NCBI GenBank assembly: GCA_040772485.1
Contig: JAXGYC010000007.1
Coordinates: 256,001-320,000, forward strand
DNA: 64,000 bases
Direction of reading: 5' to 3'
Origin: Sedimentisphaerales bacterium
GTDB lineage: Bacteria > Planctomycetota > Phycisphaerae > Sedimentisphaerales > Anaerobacaceae
Shown here: positions 53,016 through 62,028 of the stretch, piece by piece
How positions within the stretch are numbered: position 1 is the stretch's first letter
Layout of the letters: each line of letters begins with the position of its first letter
The notes under the pieces: model-generated
What the model was told of the DNA's origin: nothing
The model's database searches: none
Seen by the model: only the letters and a program-made list of their open reading frames with translations
Translations under genes and position numbers: made by a program

Positions 53016-54086
53016 ATGGGATTCAATCAAGATAACAATTATCTGGAGTCCACGTTTCTCCCTGGCCAGGGACCGGCAAAGCCGCCGTCTGCTCCGCCGC
53101 CGGCGTACGCGCCCTACCCCAGAGACCGCAAGCGATCGAGCGTGTCGCGAATCTTCTGGGGAATTCTGTTCGGTCTGTCGTTTCTGGCAAACGTCGGCAT
53201 GTTTCTGCTGCTGATCGGTCTGGCCGCCGTCATCGCCACGCGACAGGCGCGGTTCTATGAGGAGTCCATCATTCACGAAGGCCCCCGCGGCACCAAGATC
53301 GTGCTGATCCACCTCGAAGGCGTGATCGACGACGATCAGGCCGATCACGTCTACCGCCAGCTTCAGACCGCCCGCAAAGACCATAGCGTGCGAGCAATCA
53401 TTGCGGCGGTCAACTCACCGGGCGGAACGATCTCCGGCAGCGACCGCATCTATCAGGAAATCCTCCGCTACCGCCAGGAAACCGGCCAGCCGGTGGTCGC
53501 GTTCATGCAGGGCATGGCCGCCTCCGGCGGCTACTACGCCTCGGTGGCCTGCGACCGAATCGTCGCCGAGCCCACAACCATCACCGGCTCCATCGGCGTG
53601 GTCATGAGCTACTTCGTATTCCAGGAACTGCTGGAGAACAAGCTGGGGATACAGCCGGTGTTCCTCTCCGAAGGGGACAAGAAGGATTGGCCCAGTTCGT
53701 TCCGGGCGCCGAAACAGGAGGAACTCGATTACATTCAGGAACGTCTGCTCACCCCGGCGTACGAGCGGTTTGTCGAGGTGGTCCAGGCGGGACGTTCCTC
53801 GGCCCTGTCGTCGGAACAAGTGCGAAAGCTTGCCGACGGCGGCATCTTCGTCGCGTCCAAGGCCCTGGAGGAGAAGCTCATCGACAAGGTCGGCTATCTG
53901 GACGACGTGGTCGCGGTGGCCCTGTCCCTGGCCGGCATCCAGGACGCCCAGGTGGTCGAGTACCGCAAGCCGTTCTCGTTTATGGACATGCTGAGCGTCC
54001 AGAGTCGCAGCGTCCTCAAGCTCGACCGCGCGACGCTGTACGAGTTCAGCACGCCTCAAGTCCTGTACATGTGGAAAGCCTATTAG
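53016..54086 (+). CDS. sppA: Signal peptide peptidase SppA (S49)
   Basis: VNSPGG, MAASGGYY, TITGSIGV, GDKKD, LIDKVG. Confidence 0.92.
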   Translation: MGFNQDNNYLESTFLPGQGPAKPPSAPPPAYAPYPRDRKRSSVSRIFWGILFGLSFLANVGMFLLLIGLAAVIATRQARFYEESIIHEGPRGTKIVLIHLEGVIDDDQADHVYRQLQTARKDHSVRAIIAAVNSPGGTISGSDRIYQEILRYRQETGQPVVAFMQGMAASGGYYASVACDRIVAEPTTITGSIGVVMSYFVFQELLENKLGIQPVFLSEGDKKDWPSSFRAPKQEELDYIQERLLTPAYERFVEVVQAGRSSALSSEQVRKLADGGIFVASKALEEKLIDKVGYLDDVVAVALSLAGIQDAQVVEYRKPFSFMDMLSVQSRSVLKLDRATLYEFSTPQVLYMWKAY

Positions 54087-54132
54087 GCCTCGAACGAACA
54101 ACGTGCATCCGGCACACAGTGGAGATATCAGC

Positions 54133-55701
54133 ATGAGACACAGATGGCGAGGCTCCTTTGAGAGAAGACGGCGAGCATGGGTGTGCGCTGGATTGGCGTT
54201 TGCGGCCGTCAGCCTGGCGGGGTGCGCGTCCAGCCGGACAGGAGCATTGATTGCCGTGACACCGGATGGTCGAGGCTTCGCCGACGTGAAATCCAACCGC
54301 CCTTTCGTGCCGTTCGGCACCAACTACTACGACCCCAACACCGGATGGCCGCCTCAGATGTGGAGGCAGTTCAATCCAAAGGTGATCTCCTCGCAGTTTG
54401 AACTCATGAGTGAACTGGGGGTCAATTGCGCGCGGGTCTTCCTGACGGCCGCCACCTTCCAGCCCGATGCCGACACGGTCGACGAGCAGGCACTGAAGAA
54501 GCTGGACACACTGGTTCGGATCGCCCGCCGCACCGGCATCCGACTCATCCTCACCGGACCGGATCACTGGGAGGGGGAACCACCCTACTGGAAACCGGAC
54601 CGGTTCGCAGGCCCTGAAGCCCTCAGGGCGCTCGACCGTTTCTGGACCGTGGTGGGACGGCGTTATCGAGGCGAGCCCGCCATCCTTGCGTGGGATCTCC
54701 TGAACGAGCCGCAGATGCCGTGGCACATCGACTCGTGGGGGCCGGGATGGAACGCCTGGCTGCAGTCCAAGTACACAGACTTGGAAGGTCTGAAGGCTGC
54801 ATGGGCAGAGGAGTTGAAGGCCGATGAAACGCTCGGGAGCATTCAGCCCGCCAGGGACTCCGCACAGAGAGGCAATCCCCGACTGCATGACTGGCAGTTG
54901 TTCCGGGAGCATCTGGCAGACGAGTGGGTGCAGCGTCAGGTTCGTGTGCTGCGCGAGGTGGACCCCACTCACATGATTACGGTGGGCTACATTCAGTGGT
55001 CCTTCCCCGTGATCCGTCCGGGTGACCCGCACATCTACTCCGCGTTCAATCCTCGTCGGCAGGCCGAATGGCTCGATTTCGTCTCCATCCACTTCTACCC
55101 GCTGATGGGTCGCCCGTTCGGTTCGAAGAGCAACTGGGACCGAAATCTGGCCTACTTGCAGAACGTGCTGGCCTATTGTCACGTCGGCAAGCCCGTTGTG
55201 CTCGGAGAGTACGGTTGGTATGGCGGCGGAGCCCCAAAGGGCCGTCCCCATCTGACGGAAGACGAGCAAGCCCGCTGGATCACCGCCGAGGTGGAAGCGT
55301 CCAGGCGGCTGGCCCAGGGCTGGCTCTCCTGGCCCTTCGCCGACACCCCTGAAGCGACGGATATGAGCGTCTACGGCGGCATGGTCACGTACAATCACGG
55401 CAAGAAACGGTGGGGGCTCCGCTTCCGTTCCTACGCGGCCGCGCTGTTCATGCTCCCCCAGCCGACTCCGGAACTGCCGTCGTTCGACACCTCGGCCTCC
55501 CTGACGGCGCCTCTGGACGACCTGACCGCGATGCACGAGGAATACACGAAGCTGGTTCAGGCCGCCCTGGCCCAGGTCGGTCCCGTCCCGGAGATCGAAT
55601 TGCAGACCCTGCCTTTGGACGATGACGACCTCAAGGCGCTGCAGCAGCGTCAAGAGCAAAGACGCAGGGAGTATCTGCGGCAGATGAAACATCGCGAATG
55701 A
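54133..55701 (+). CDS. Clan GH-A (GH5-like) glycoside hydrolase, lipoprotein
   Basis: LAGC lipobox, GTNYY, GVNCARVF, AWDLLNEP, SIHFYP, PVVLGEYG. Confidence 0.8.
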   Translation: MRHRWRGSFERRRRAWVCAGLAFAAVSLAGCASSRTGALIAVTPDGRGFADVKSNRPFVPFGTNYYDPNTGWPPQMWRQFNPKVISSQFELMSELGVNCARVFLTAATFQPDADTVDEQALKKLDTLVRIARRTGIRLILTGPDHWEGEPPYWKPDRFAGPEALRALDRFWTVVGRRYRGEPAILAWDLLNEPQMPWHIDSWGPGWNAWLQSKYTDLEGLKAAWAEELKADETLGSIQPARDSAQRGNPRLHDWQLFREHLADEWVQRQVRVLREVDPTHMITVGYIQWSFPVIRPGDPHIYSAFNPRRQAEWLDFVSIHFYPLMGRPFGSKSNWDRNLAYLQNVLAYCHVGKPVVLGEYGWYGGGAPKGRPHLTEDEQARWITAEVEASRRLAQGWLSWPFADTPEATDMSVYGGMVTYNHGKKRWGLRFRSYAAALFMLPQPTPELPSFDTSASLTAPLDDLTAMHEEYTKLVQAALAQVGPVPEIELQTLPLDDDDLKALQQRQEQRRREYLRQMKHRE

Positions 55702-55740
55702 AGGGCGGATCCGCAACGGGCAAGCCGTGCGCGCCGCCGA

Positions 55741-57138
55741 TCACTCGGCCAGGATGCCGAACAGCGTCAGTGGAGAAGTCTCAGTGATGCGGACGTCCAC
55801 AAACCGCCCCGCCAGCGACGGACTGCCGTTGAAGACGACGATGTAGTCCGTGGCCGTCCTGCCCACCAGTTGCGGATGGCTATGGGCATCTGTCGGATTC
55901 ACGTGCGCTTTCTTGCTGGGACCTTCGACAAGCACCCTCACGATCCGTCCCAGGAAACCACGGCTCAACCGCTCGCTGACCGCCTCCTGAACGGCGAGCA
56001 AGTCGACGTTGCGCCGCTGCTTGACCTCGTCGGGGACACAGTCCCGATGCCGCTTGTCGGCCGTCGTACCGGGCCGAGGCGAGTACTTGAAGACAAAGCA
56101 GTTTCGGTACCGTGCCTGTTGCACGAGGTCCACGGTGGCCTGGAAATCCTCGTCGGTCTCGCCGGGAAAACCAACAATGAAGTCGCCTGCAATCGCGATA
56201 TCCGGCACGATCCGTCTGGCGCGAGCGAGCAGCTCCAGGTACTGCTCGGCCGTGTAATGGCGATTCATCGCCCGCAGGACGCGATCCGATCCGCTCTGCG
56301 CCGGCATGTGCAGGTAGTGGCACACCTTGGGCGAGGAGGCCATGGCGTGAAGAATGTCGTCGTAGAACTCCTCCGACGGGTAGCTCGTCACGAAGCGAAT
56401 CCACTCGATCCCCTCAACCTCGGCAACCATGCCAAGCAGATCCGCCAGCGAACAGGTCTTCTGCCCGTTGCGATATCGGTAGGAGTTCACCGTCTGGCCC
56501 AGAAGCGTCACCTGGCGGATTCCCTCGTCCGTCAGCCGCCGGACCTGATCGAGAATCCGCGCCGGCGGGCGGCACTGCTCCGGACCGCGCACATACGGAA
56601 CGATGCAGTACGTGCAGAAATTGTCGCATCCTCGCATGACACGCACGAACGCCTGGCCCGGCAAGGCCCTGCCTTCTTCGCCTTCGTGGCCGTAGGCCGA
56701 TTCGAACTGCTCCAGCGCATCGGACGACGAATCCTCGGGATCGCGAATCGCGTCCGCAACCGCCATGCGTTTGGCATTCGATGCGAAAACCTCCTCGATC
56801 AGGTGCACGAGTTGCGGGATCTGGCCGGGACCGCAGACGACGTTTACCACATCGTGCGCGAGCAGCGATTCGCCCAGGCGCTGCGCCATGCAGCCGATCA
56901 CGGCGACGATCATGTCCGGCCGATGCTTCCTGGCATGCTTGAGATGCCCCAGATGCGACATCACGCGAGCTTCGGCGTGCTCGCGAACGGAGCAGGTGTT
57001 GATCACCACCACGTCGGCTTCCTTGACGCTCTCGGTGAACACAAAACCCGCCTCCCGCAGCGCCGAGGCGACCAGCGAGGTGTCCAGCTTGTTCATCTGA
57101 CACCCGAAGCTCTTTATGTGTACGAATCGTGTTTCCAT
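55741..57138 (-). CDS. miaB: tRNA-2-methylthio-N6-dimethylallyladenosine synthase MiaB
   Basis: SFGCQMN, NTCSVRE, GCDNFCTYCIVP (radical SAM), DFIVGFPGET, YSPRPGT, C-terminal TRAM domain. Confidence 0.95.
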   Translation of the reverse strand: METRFVHIKSFGCQMNKLDTSLVASALREAGFVFTESVKEADVVVINTCSVREHAEARVMSHLGHLKHARKHRPDMIVAVIGCMAQRLGESLLAHDVVNVVCGPGQIPQLVHLIEEVFASNAKRMAVADAIRDPEDSSSDALEQFESAYGHEGEEGRALPGQAFVRVMRGCDNFCTYCIVPYVRGPEQCRPPARILDQVRRLTDEGIRQVTLLGQTVNSYRYRNGQKTCSLADLLGMVAEVEGIEWIRFVTSYPSEEFYDDILHAMASSPKVCHYLHMPAQSGSDRVLRAMNRHYTAEQYLELLARARRIVPDIAIAGDFIVGFPGETDEDFQATVDLVQQARYRNCFVFKYSPRPGTTADKRHRDCVPDEVKQRRNVDLLAVQEAVSERLSRGFLGRIVRVLVEGPSKKAHVNPTDAHSHPQLVGRTATDYIVVFNGSPSLAGRFVDVRITETSPLTLFGILAE

Positions 57139-57280
57139 TTGCAGGCACTATACCGCAAACACGCTCATTTCGCAACGTTTGGCAGCCATGTCAGTGCCGT
57201 TCTGGCAGATTGACCACTCCCTTCGCAATACCGGATCGAGACGGTCCAGAACTTATGCGGGGCTTTTATTTTGTCGTTCC

Positions 57281-57312
57281 TGGCACGCACCTTGCGTTTA
57301 CAAGGAGCGTGC
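57281..57312 (+). promoter_or_regulatory. Sigma54-like -24/-12 motif overlapping a 12-6-12 inverted repeat
   Basis: TGGCACG-CACC-TTGC at 57281-57295; GCACGCACCTTG-cgttta-CAAGGAGCGTGC with 1 mismatch. Confidence 0.55.
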
Positions 57313-57353
57313 GCGATTGGCGAATCGCAGAGCAAGAGAAAGAGGTTGATGAA

Positions 57354-58166
57354 ATGAACCTGGAGATCGACAAGTGGATCGCCCATTGCCGCAGGTGCTA
57401 CACCGATAGGACGATCGGGCTGTATCGAAGTTGCATCACGAAGTTCGATACCTATCTCTCGAATGACGGCAACCAACTGACGACCCAAGCCATCGACGCC
57501 TATATTGACGATCGTATGGCCGCCGGCTGGTCCAAACGGTACATCAACTGCAACCTGTCCGTCATCAAGTCCTACTGCAATTGGTACTTCGAGGGCTATG
57601 ACGAATATAATCCGGCGAGCCCAATTCCCATGCTGATAGAGGACGAGCCACGGCAGCGAGTTCTCTCCGACGAGGAATACCGGAAGATCGTCCCATCGTC
57701 ATCCATCAGAGAGACTGACAAAGATGTCATCATCTTTCTGGCGAATTCCGGGTTGAGGGCCTCCGAGTTCGTTTCCCTGACCTGGACATCCATCAAGCCC
57801 GATTGCAGGTATCTCTCGGTGATGGGCAAAGGCCGCAAGGTACGTGTGGTTCCCTTGAATCGGGCTTGCCGGGATATCCTCGAGAAGTACAAGCCCCAAG
57901 GCATGTCGGGCAGGGTTCCGTTCGCCCGGATGCACAGGGTCCACACAGGTAGGATATGCCGAAGGGTGGCAAAGGAAGTAGGCATCCCCGACTTCGGTCC
58001 TCACGCCTGCCGCCACTACTTCGCCACGCAACTGATGCTCCGTGGAGTATCCATCTACAAGATCAGCAAGATTCTGGGCCATGCGTCGGTCAAGGTGACG
58101 GAGAGGGTCTACGTTCACTGGTGCGACCAGGACGTTCTCGGCATCACCGACGTACTATGCGATTGA
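57354..58166 (+). CDS. Tyrosine recombinase/integrase (Xer-like, no arm-binding domain)
   Basis: SGLRASE, GKGRKVR, HACRHYFAT, LGHASVKVTERVY; GAGG RBS. Confidence 0.92.
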   Translation: MNLEIDKWIAHCRRCYTDRTIGLYRSCITKFDTYLSNDGNQLTTQAIDAYIDDRMAAGWSKRYINCNLSVIKSYCNWYFEGYDEYNPASPIPMLIEDEPRQRVLSDEEYRKIVPSSSIRETDKDVIIFLANSGLRASEFVSLTWTSIKPDCRYLSVMGKGRKVRVVPLNRACRDILEKYKPQGMSGRVPFARMHRVHTGRICRRVAKEVGIPDFGPHACRHYFATQLMLRGVSIYKISKILGHASVKVTERVYVHWCDQDVLGITDVLCD

Positions 58167-58209
58167 TGCACAATTTTTGCACTTACACTTCATTTTGCGT
58201 GCTTTTTCA

Positions 58210-58238
58210 TTGCATTGTGGACCGCTTTTGTTTATAAT
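58210..58238 (+). promoter_or_regulatory. Sigma70 promoter, probably giving a leaderless mRNA
   Basis: TTGCAT-N17-TATAAT; ATG begins 7 nt after the -10 and there is no SD. Confidence 0.6.
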
Positions 58239-58244
58239 TAAAGC

Positions 58245-58577
58245 ATGGGCAGCAACCAGCTTAATCTGTTTCCCACCGAGGATCGCGGCGACAAGTCGTT
58301 CGAGTACAAGCGAGCGGCGAAGGTCCAGAAGCGGGAGGACTTGATCGGCAAGGTTGATTTACTCGTGATCTTGCCCCGCCGCTATGTCCAGAGCGAGTTT
58401 GCCGTCAGTCGGACAACGGGCGACGTGTGGCATTGCCAAGACCACCTGCACGACGCCCATTGCTGCCATATCAAAATGCTCAAACGTCTCCTGCGGCTCA
58501 AGGTTGAGGCAGGCTACATAAACATGACGGACAAGGCGTGGTTGAAAGAGGTTCTTATCGTCGGGGAGGTCAAATGA
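58245..58577 (+). CDS. Hypothetical protein with a possible SWIM-like Zn site
   Basis: WHCQDHLHDAHCCHIK; promoter directly upstream; ATGA overlap with the next ORF. Confidence 0.6.
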   Translation: MGSNQLNLFPTEDRGDKSFEYKRAAKVQKREDLIGKVDLLVILPRRYVQSEFAVSRTTGDVWHCQDHLHDAHCCHIKMLKRLLRLKVEAGYINMTDKAWLKEVLIVGEVK

Positions 58578-58771
58578 GTAGATCAAACGAAATCTGGGTC
58601 TGCACGAAGAACGGAAAGTTTGTGGGTTGCGTCACGTCGAAGACGAAGGCAATCGGCGAAATGCGGGAGCTGGCCCAGGCCCCCGAGGCCGAGGTTGTCG
58701 ATCAGAAGGATGGTTCAGTTGCCCTCAAAGGTGTTCTCCGGTTTCGGGCCAAGCCGGTCACGGTGAAGTGA
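58574..58771 (+). CDS. Small hypothetical protein
   Basis: GGAGG RBS and ATGA coupling to the upstream ORF. Confidence 0.6.
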   Translation: MSRSNEIWVCTKNGKFVGCVTSKTKAIGEMRELAQAPEAEVVDQKDGSVALKGVLRFRAKPVTVK

Positions 58772-58779
58772 GGAGAGGT

Positions 58780-59388
58780 ATGATTCCCCAATTCCATCAG
58801 AAGCCATACGGTGCATTACCATCAGCCCTCAGTCGGCAGAACCTATCCGTTCTGTTCGAGACGCCTAACCCCAAAGACCCTTTCTGTCTGCGGGATAAGG
58901 CCATGCTCGAATTGCTCTACGGCTGCGGCCTCCGTGCCCACGAATTGGCCGGGTTGAAGGTCCCCGGTCTGCGGCTGGATCAGGGCTATCTGCGGTGCTT
59001 CGGCAAAGGCAGACGCGAACGCCTTGTGCCCATCGGCCACAAGGCAACCGCTGCCGTCCAGGAGTATCTGCGGGATCAGCGGCCCAGGCTGGTCAGTGCC
59101 CACAGCGGCGATTGCCTGTTCCTGTCCCGGTCCGGCCATCCGCTCAGCAGAGTTGAAGTCTGGCGGGTGTTCAAGAAGTATGCCAAGAGAGCCGGCTTCT
59201 CCGAGAGCATCGTCACCCACGACATGAGACGGGCCTTTGCCAGCCACCTGCTGCAAGGCGGTGCGGACCTCGATTCCGTCCGCCTCATGCTCGGTCACGC
59301 CCATCTGACAACGACGCAGCGGTACTTGTTCATCGGACTGGACCAGTTGAAGCAGACGTGTCGGAGGTTCCATCCGGCGTTTCAATAA
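58780..59388 (+). CDS. XerD-like tyrosine recombinase, catalytic domain only
   Basis: RDKAMLELLYGCGLR, GKGRRERLVP, HDMRRAFASHLLQGGADL, LGH...TTQRY, FHP end; GGAGAGG RBS; 202 aa. Confidence 0.85.
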   Translation: MIPQFHQKPYGALPSALSRQNLSVLFETPNPKDPFCLRDKAMLELLYGCGLRAHELAGLKVPGLRLDQGYLRCFGKGRRERLVPIGHKATAAVQEYLRDQRPRLVSAHSGDCLFLSRSGHPLSRVEVWRVFKKYAKRAGFSESIVTHDMRRAFASHLLQGGADLDSVRLMLGHAHLTTTQRYLFIGLDQLKQTCRRFHPAFQ

Positions 59389-59409
59389 TCCGCCCAGGCC
59401 GGTCAGGGG

Positions 59410-59442
59410 TGGCCGTCGGCAGCGATGTCGGCGGCCATTTTT
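59410..59442 (+). terminator. Intrinsic terminator after the XerD-like gene
   Basis: TGGCCGTCGGCA-gcga-TGTCGGCGGCCA followed by TTTTT. Confidence 0.7.
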
Positions 59443-59688
59443 GTTGGCATCCGATTACGTCACGCACGCTGTAGTTCGCGTTTGGCTCACTTCGTAGTTT
59501 GCTCGTACGACTCCGTATTGCTTCGTACAGCCCCGAATCCGTTTGGGGCAGGTTCCGGGTCAGCCGGACGGTTTCCGACGCCTCGTAGGTCAGATTTCGG
59601 GGGGAGGCACAGCACTTCATTCATCGCTCTTTGCTGACTATCAATTCGTGAGATCGACCGTGCTCCAAAGATCGGTCAGGAGAATACT

Positions 59689-60291
59689 ATGCGTATCCCC
59701 AAGGGTTTCAGGTTTCACGAGGCGAGTGACCCCAAACCAGAGCCTCAAAAAGAAGAGAAGCTTACCCTCGAACAAAGACTGGCAGAGCTCCAATCGAAAG
59801 ATAACGAACTCTATTCGGCGGTCTACGGGAAGGGTGTGACAAAGGGCAAGAAGGAAGTCACGGAGGCCCATCTGCACGAGGCCCAGGATGAGCGCTATCA
59901 GAAGATCCATCAGGCCTTGGCACAGGAGCGAATAGCCAGAGCCCTGCTGGAGAAGGCCACCGCGAAGGGATTCTTTGTGCCAGAGGATGCAGTCGAAATC
60001 CTGCAACACTCTCTGGAGTTGAATGATGAATTGGAAATCGTCGATTCCTCTACGAAGGAAAAGACGGATGTTGATGCTGCGATTGACTCGCTCGCTAATA
60101 GGAAGCCGCATCTCGTCAAGTCGAAGCAGAAGCCCGGCACGGGAACAACCCCTCCACCGAAGGATTACGGCAACGGGAAGTCGGACAAGCCTACCTTCAA
60201 GAGGTCCCAACTCCGAGACTCGGCATTTTATCAGGCGAATGAGGCGGCAATCCTCGAAGCAGCGAGAGACAACCGCATCATCAACGACTGA
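59689..60291 (+). CDS. Putative capsid scaffolding protein
   Basis: Charged, helical 200-aa protein ending AIDSLANRKPHLV..PGTGT; directly upstream of the capsid gene; AGGAGA RBS. Confidence 0.7.
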   Translation: MRIPKGFRFHEASDPKPEPQKEEKLTLEQRLAELQSKDNELYSAVYGKGVTKGKKEVTEAHLHEAQDERYQKIHQALAQERIARALLEKATAKGFFVPEDAVEILQHSLELNDELEIVDSSTKEKTDVDAAIDSLANRKPHLVKSKQKPGTGTTPPPKDYGNGKSDKPTFKRSQLRDSAFYQANEAAILEAARDNRIIND

Positions 60292-60304
60292 GAAAGGTAC
60301 AAAC

Positions 60305-61258
60305 ATGAATACGAAGCTGTATTTGCCGCGAGGCTTTAAGTTCCACGAGAACATCACCGTTACCGAAGCCGCCGTGTTCATCCCGGAGATATGGGCACAG
60401 AGCACGCTCAAGAACATCTACGCCAAGTCGGCCATGATCGGTTCGGTGGCCAAGGACTATCAGGCTGAGATCAACTCGAAGGGCGACGTGGTCCACGTGC
60501 AGAAACGTGGTACATTGACTTCCCACGAGAAGCTCGCCAATACGCCGGTCACGCTTCAGACCCCGTCCGGTTCGACCGTGCCTGTTACCTTGACCAACCA
60601 CAAAGAAGTTTCGTTCATGGTCGAGGACGTGGCCGAGGCCCAGGCTACCCCGTCCATCCTGGCGGGATACACGGCCGACGCTGCCGAGGTTCTGGCGAAG
60701 GATATCGAGATTGAACTGTGCGGCATCTATGCCAATGCTCGGTATATCGCAGGCCACGATCTTGATTGGGACGCGACCGACGGCGATTCCAAGTTGGAAT
60801 CGCTGATCGGCTTGCGGACTGCTTTGGTGGTCAATGCCAAGTGCCCTGAGTCGGAGCCGCGATACATCGTCACCAAAGACTATGGTGTTGAGTACCTTGA
60901 CGTGGATAAGTTCACGTCCAAGGAGTTCATCACCAATCAGTCGATTCAGACCGGACAGGTTGGTACTATTCTCGGGTTCAACGTGAAGGAAAGCTCCGAG
61001 ATTATCACGACGCTCTCACCGACTGTGGTTCATCGTTTGGCTTTCGCGAAGTCGGCAATCTGTCTGGTGACTCGGCGTCTGGCCGACCCGCCTGCCGGCA
61101 CCGGCGCTAAAGGCCAAACCGTCTCCGCCGACGGTGTCGGCATGAGAGCGCTTGCCGGGTATAACATGGATCATCTTTCCATGCAAGTAACCGTCGACAT
61201 TCTGTACGGCACGCAGATCATGAAGCCGGAATGGATGTTCCAGTTGCTCGACGCGTAA
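60305..61258 (+). CDS. Major capsid protein (HK97 fold, P22 coat-like)
   Basis: FIPEIW, KGDVVHV, GQVGTILGFNV, VDILYGTQIMKPE; 317 aa; GAAAGG RBS. Confidence 0.8.
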   Translation: MNTKLYLPRGFKFHENITVTEAAVFIPEIWAQSTLKNIYAKSAMIGSVAKDYQAEINSKGDVVHVQKRGTLTSHEKLANTPVTLQTPSGSTVPVTLTNHKEVSFMVEDVAEAQATPSILAGYTADAAEVLAKDIEIELCGIYANARYIAGHDLDWDATDGDSKLESLIGLRTALVVNAKCPESEPRYIVTKDYGVEYLDVDKFTSKEFITNQSIQTGQVGTILGFNVKESSEIITTLSPTVVHRLAFAKSAICLVTRRLADPPAGTGAKGQTVSADGVGMRALAGYNMDHLSMQVTVDILYGTQIMKPEWMFQLLDA

Positions 61259-61304
61259 CGACGCTCTCTCAGGCATTGCTTGCCGATTCCCGTATCTCTC
61301 CTTG

Positions 61305-61342
61305 GAAAGCCGGCCGTGAAAGATCGGTCGGCTTTCTTTTTC
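61305..61342 (+). terminator. Intrinsic terminator after the capsid gene
   Basis: GAAAGCCGGCCG-loop-CGGTCGGCTTTC followed by TTTTT. Confidence 0.75.
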
Positions 61343-61390
61343 TGCACGTAAGTTGTGTCGGTGGGTATCACGATTCTGAGGAGTGTAACA

Positions 61391-61750
61391 ATGCCCGCAA
61401 AGATTCAGGACAATTCTGCTGCTTGGTTCCGCGAGTTCGACCGCCGATGCAATCAAGCCCTGCACGATATCGGCGATGCAATCCTCGAGCAAGGCCCGGC
61501 ATTTACTCCGGTCAAGACCGGCGCCACACTGGCTTCTGAGGATAAGATCGTTCATCCCGAAGAGAAGAGCGTTGAGGTTGGAGCCCAAACTGACTACGCC
61601 CCAGCCATCATGACCGGTACCAACCGTCGATCGGGTGAGCCCAATCCTTTCTTGGTTAAGATGCTGCTGGCTGCTAAGCCCAAAATCCGGCATGTTCTTG
61701 ATGAGAGGTTCGGCGACCTTAAAGGTTACAGGCCACCAACGGAGTTCTAA
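61391..61750 (+). CDS. HK97 gp10-like protein
   Basis: TPVKTG.., VEVG..DYA..IMTGT..., PNPFL pattern; GAGGAG RBS. Confidence 0.65.
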   Translation: MPAKIQDNSAAWFREFDRRCNQALHDIGDAILEQGPAFTPVKTGATLASEDKIVHPEEKSVEVGAQTDYAPAIMTGTNRRSGEPNPFLVKMLLAAKPKIRHVLDERFGDLKGYRPPTEF

Positions 61751-61752
61751 TC

Positions 61753-62028
61753 ATGACCACAAGAGATGAAGAGTATGCTGTTCGCATCATCGAAGACGAT
61801 GGGAGTCTGATGTGTGAGCGGCCCGGCAAGGCATGGAGTATTCAACTCTACGTCGATAGGTTCGGCATCGATCACGTCTTGCTCAGGCCCCTGTTGGATC
61901 GCGAAGGCGATTTCCTCCCTGCTCGTGAATATGGCTTCAAACAATCCCGGATCAAGAAGAACCGAGCCATCGCCGAGGCCAGGCTGCGTAACCGGCAGCC
62001 TCGATTTTGCCCCAAAAGCGAACAGTGA
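61753..62028 (+). CDS. Hypothetical protein
   Basis: Starts 2 nt after the gp10-like stop; GGAG upstream. Confidence 0.5.
   Translation: MTTRDEEYAVRIIEDDGSLMCERPGKAWSIQLYVDRFGIDHVLLRPLLDREGDFLPAREYGFKQSRIKKNRAIAEARLRNRQPRFCPKSEQ

Noticed and set aside
57139..57353. tRNA or tmRNA integration target, or a canonical dif site, at the element's left edge
   Set aside because: No cloverleaf, T-loop GTTCGA..CCA end or XerD-arm TTATGTTAAA recognised.
60305..61258. Encapsulin nanocompartment
   Set aside because: The upstream gene looks like a phage scaffold rather than an enzyme cargo, and the context is gp10-like and integrase genes.
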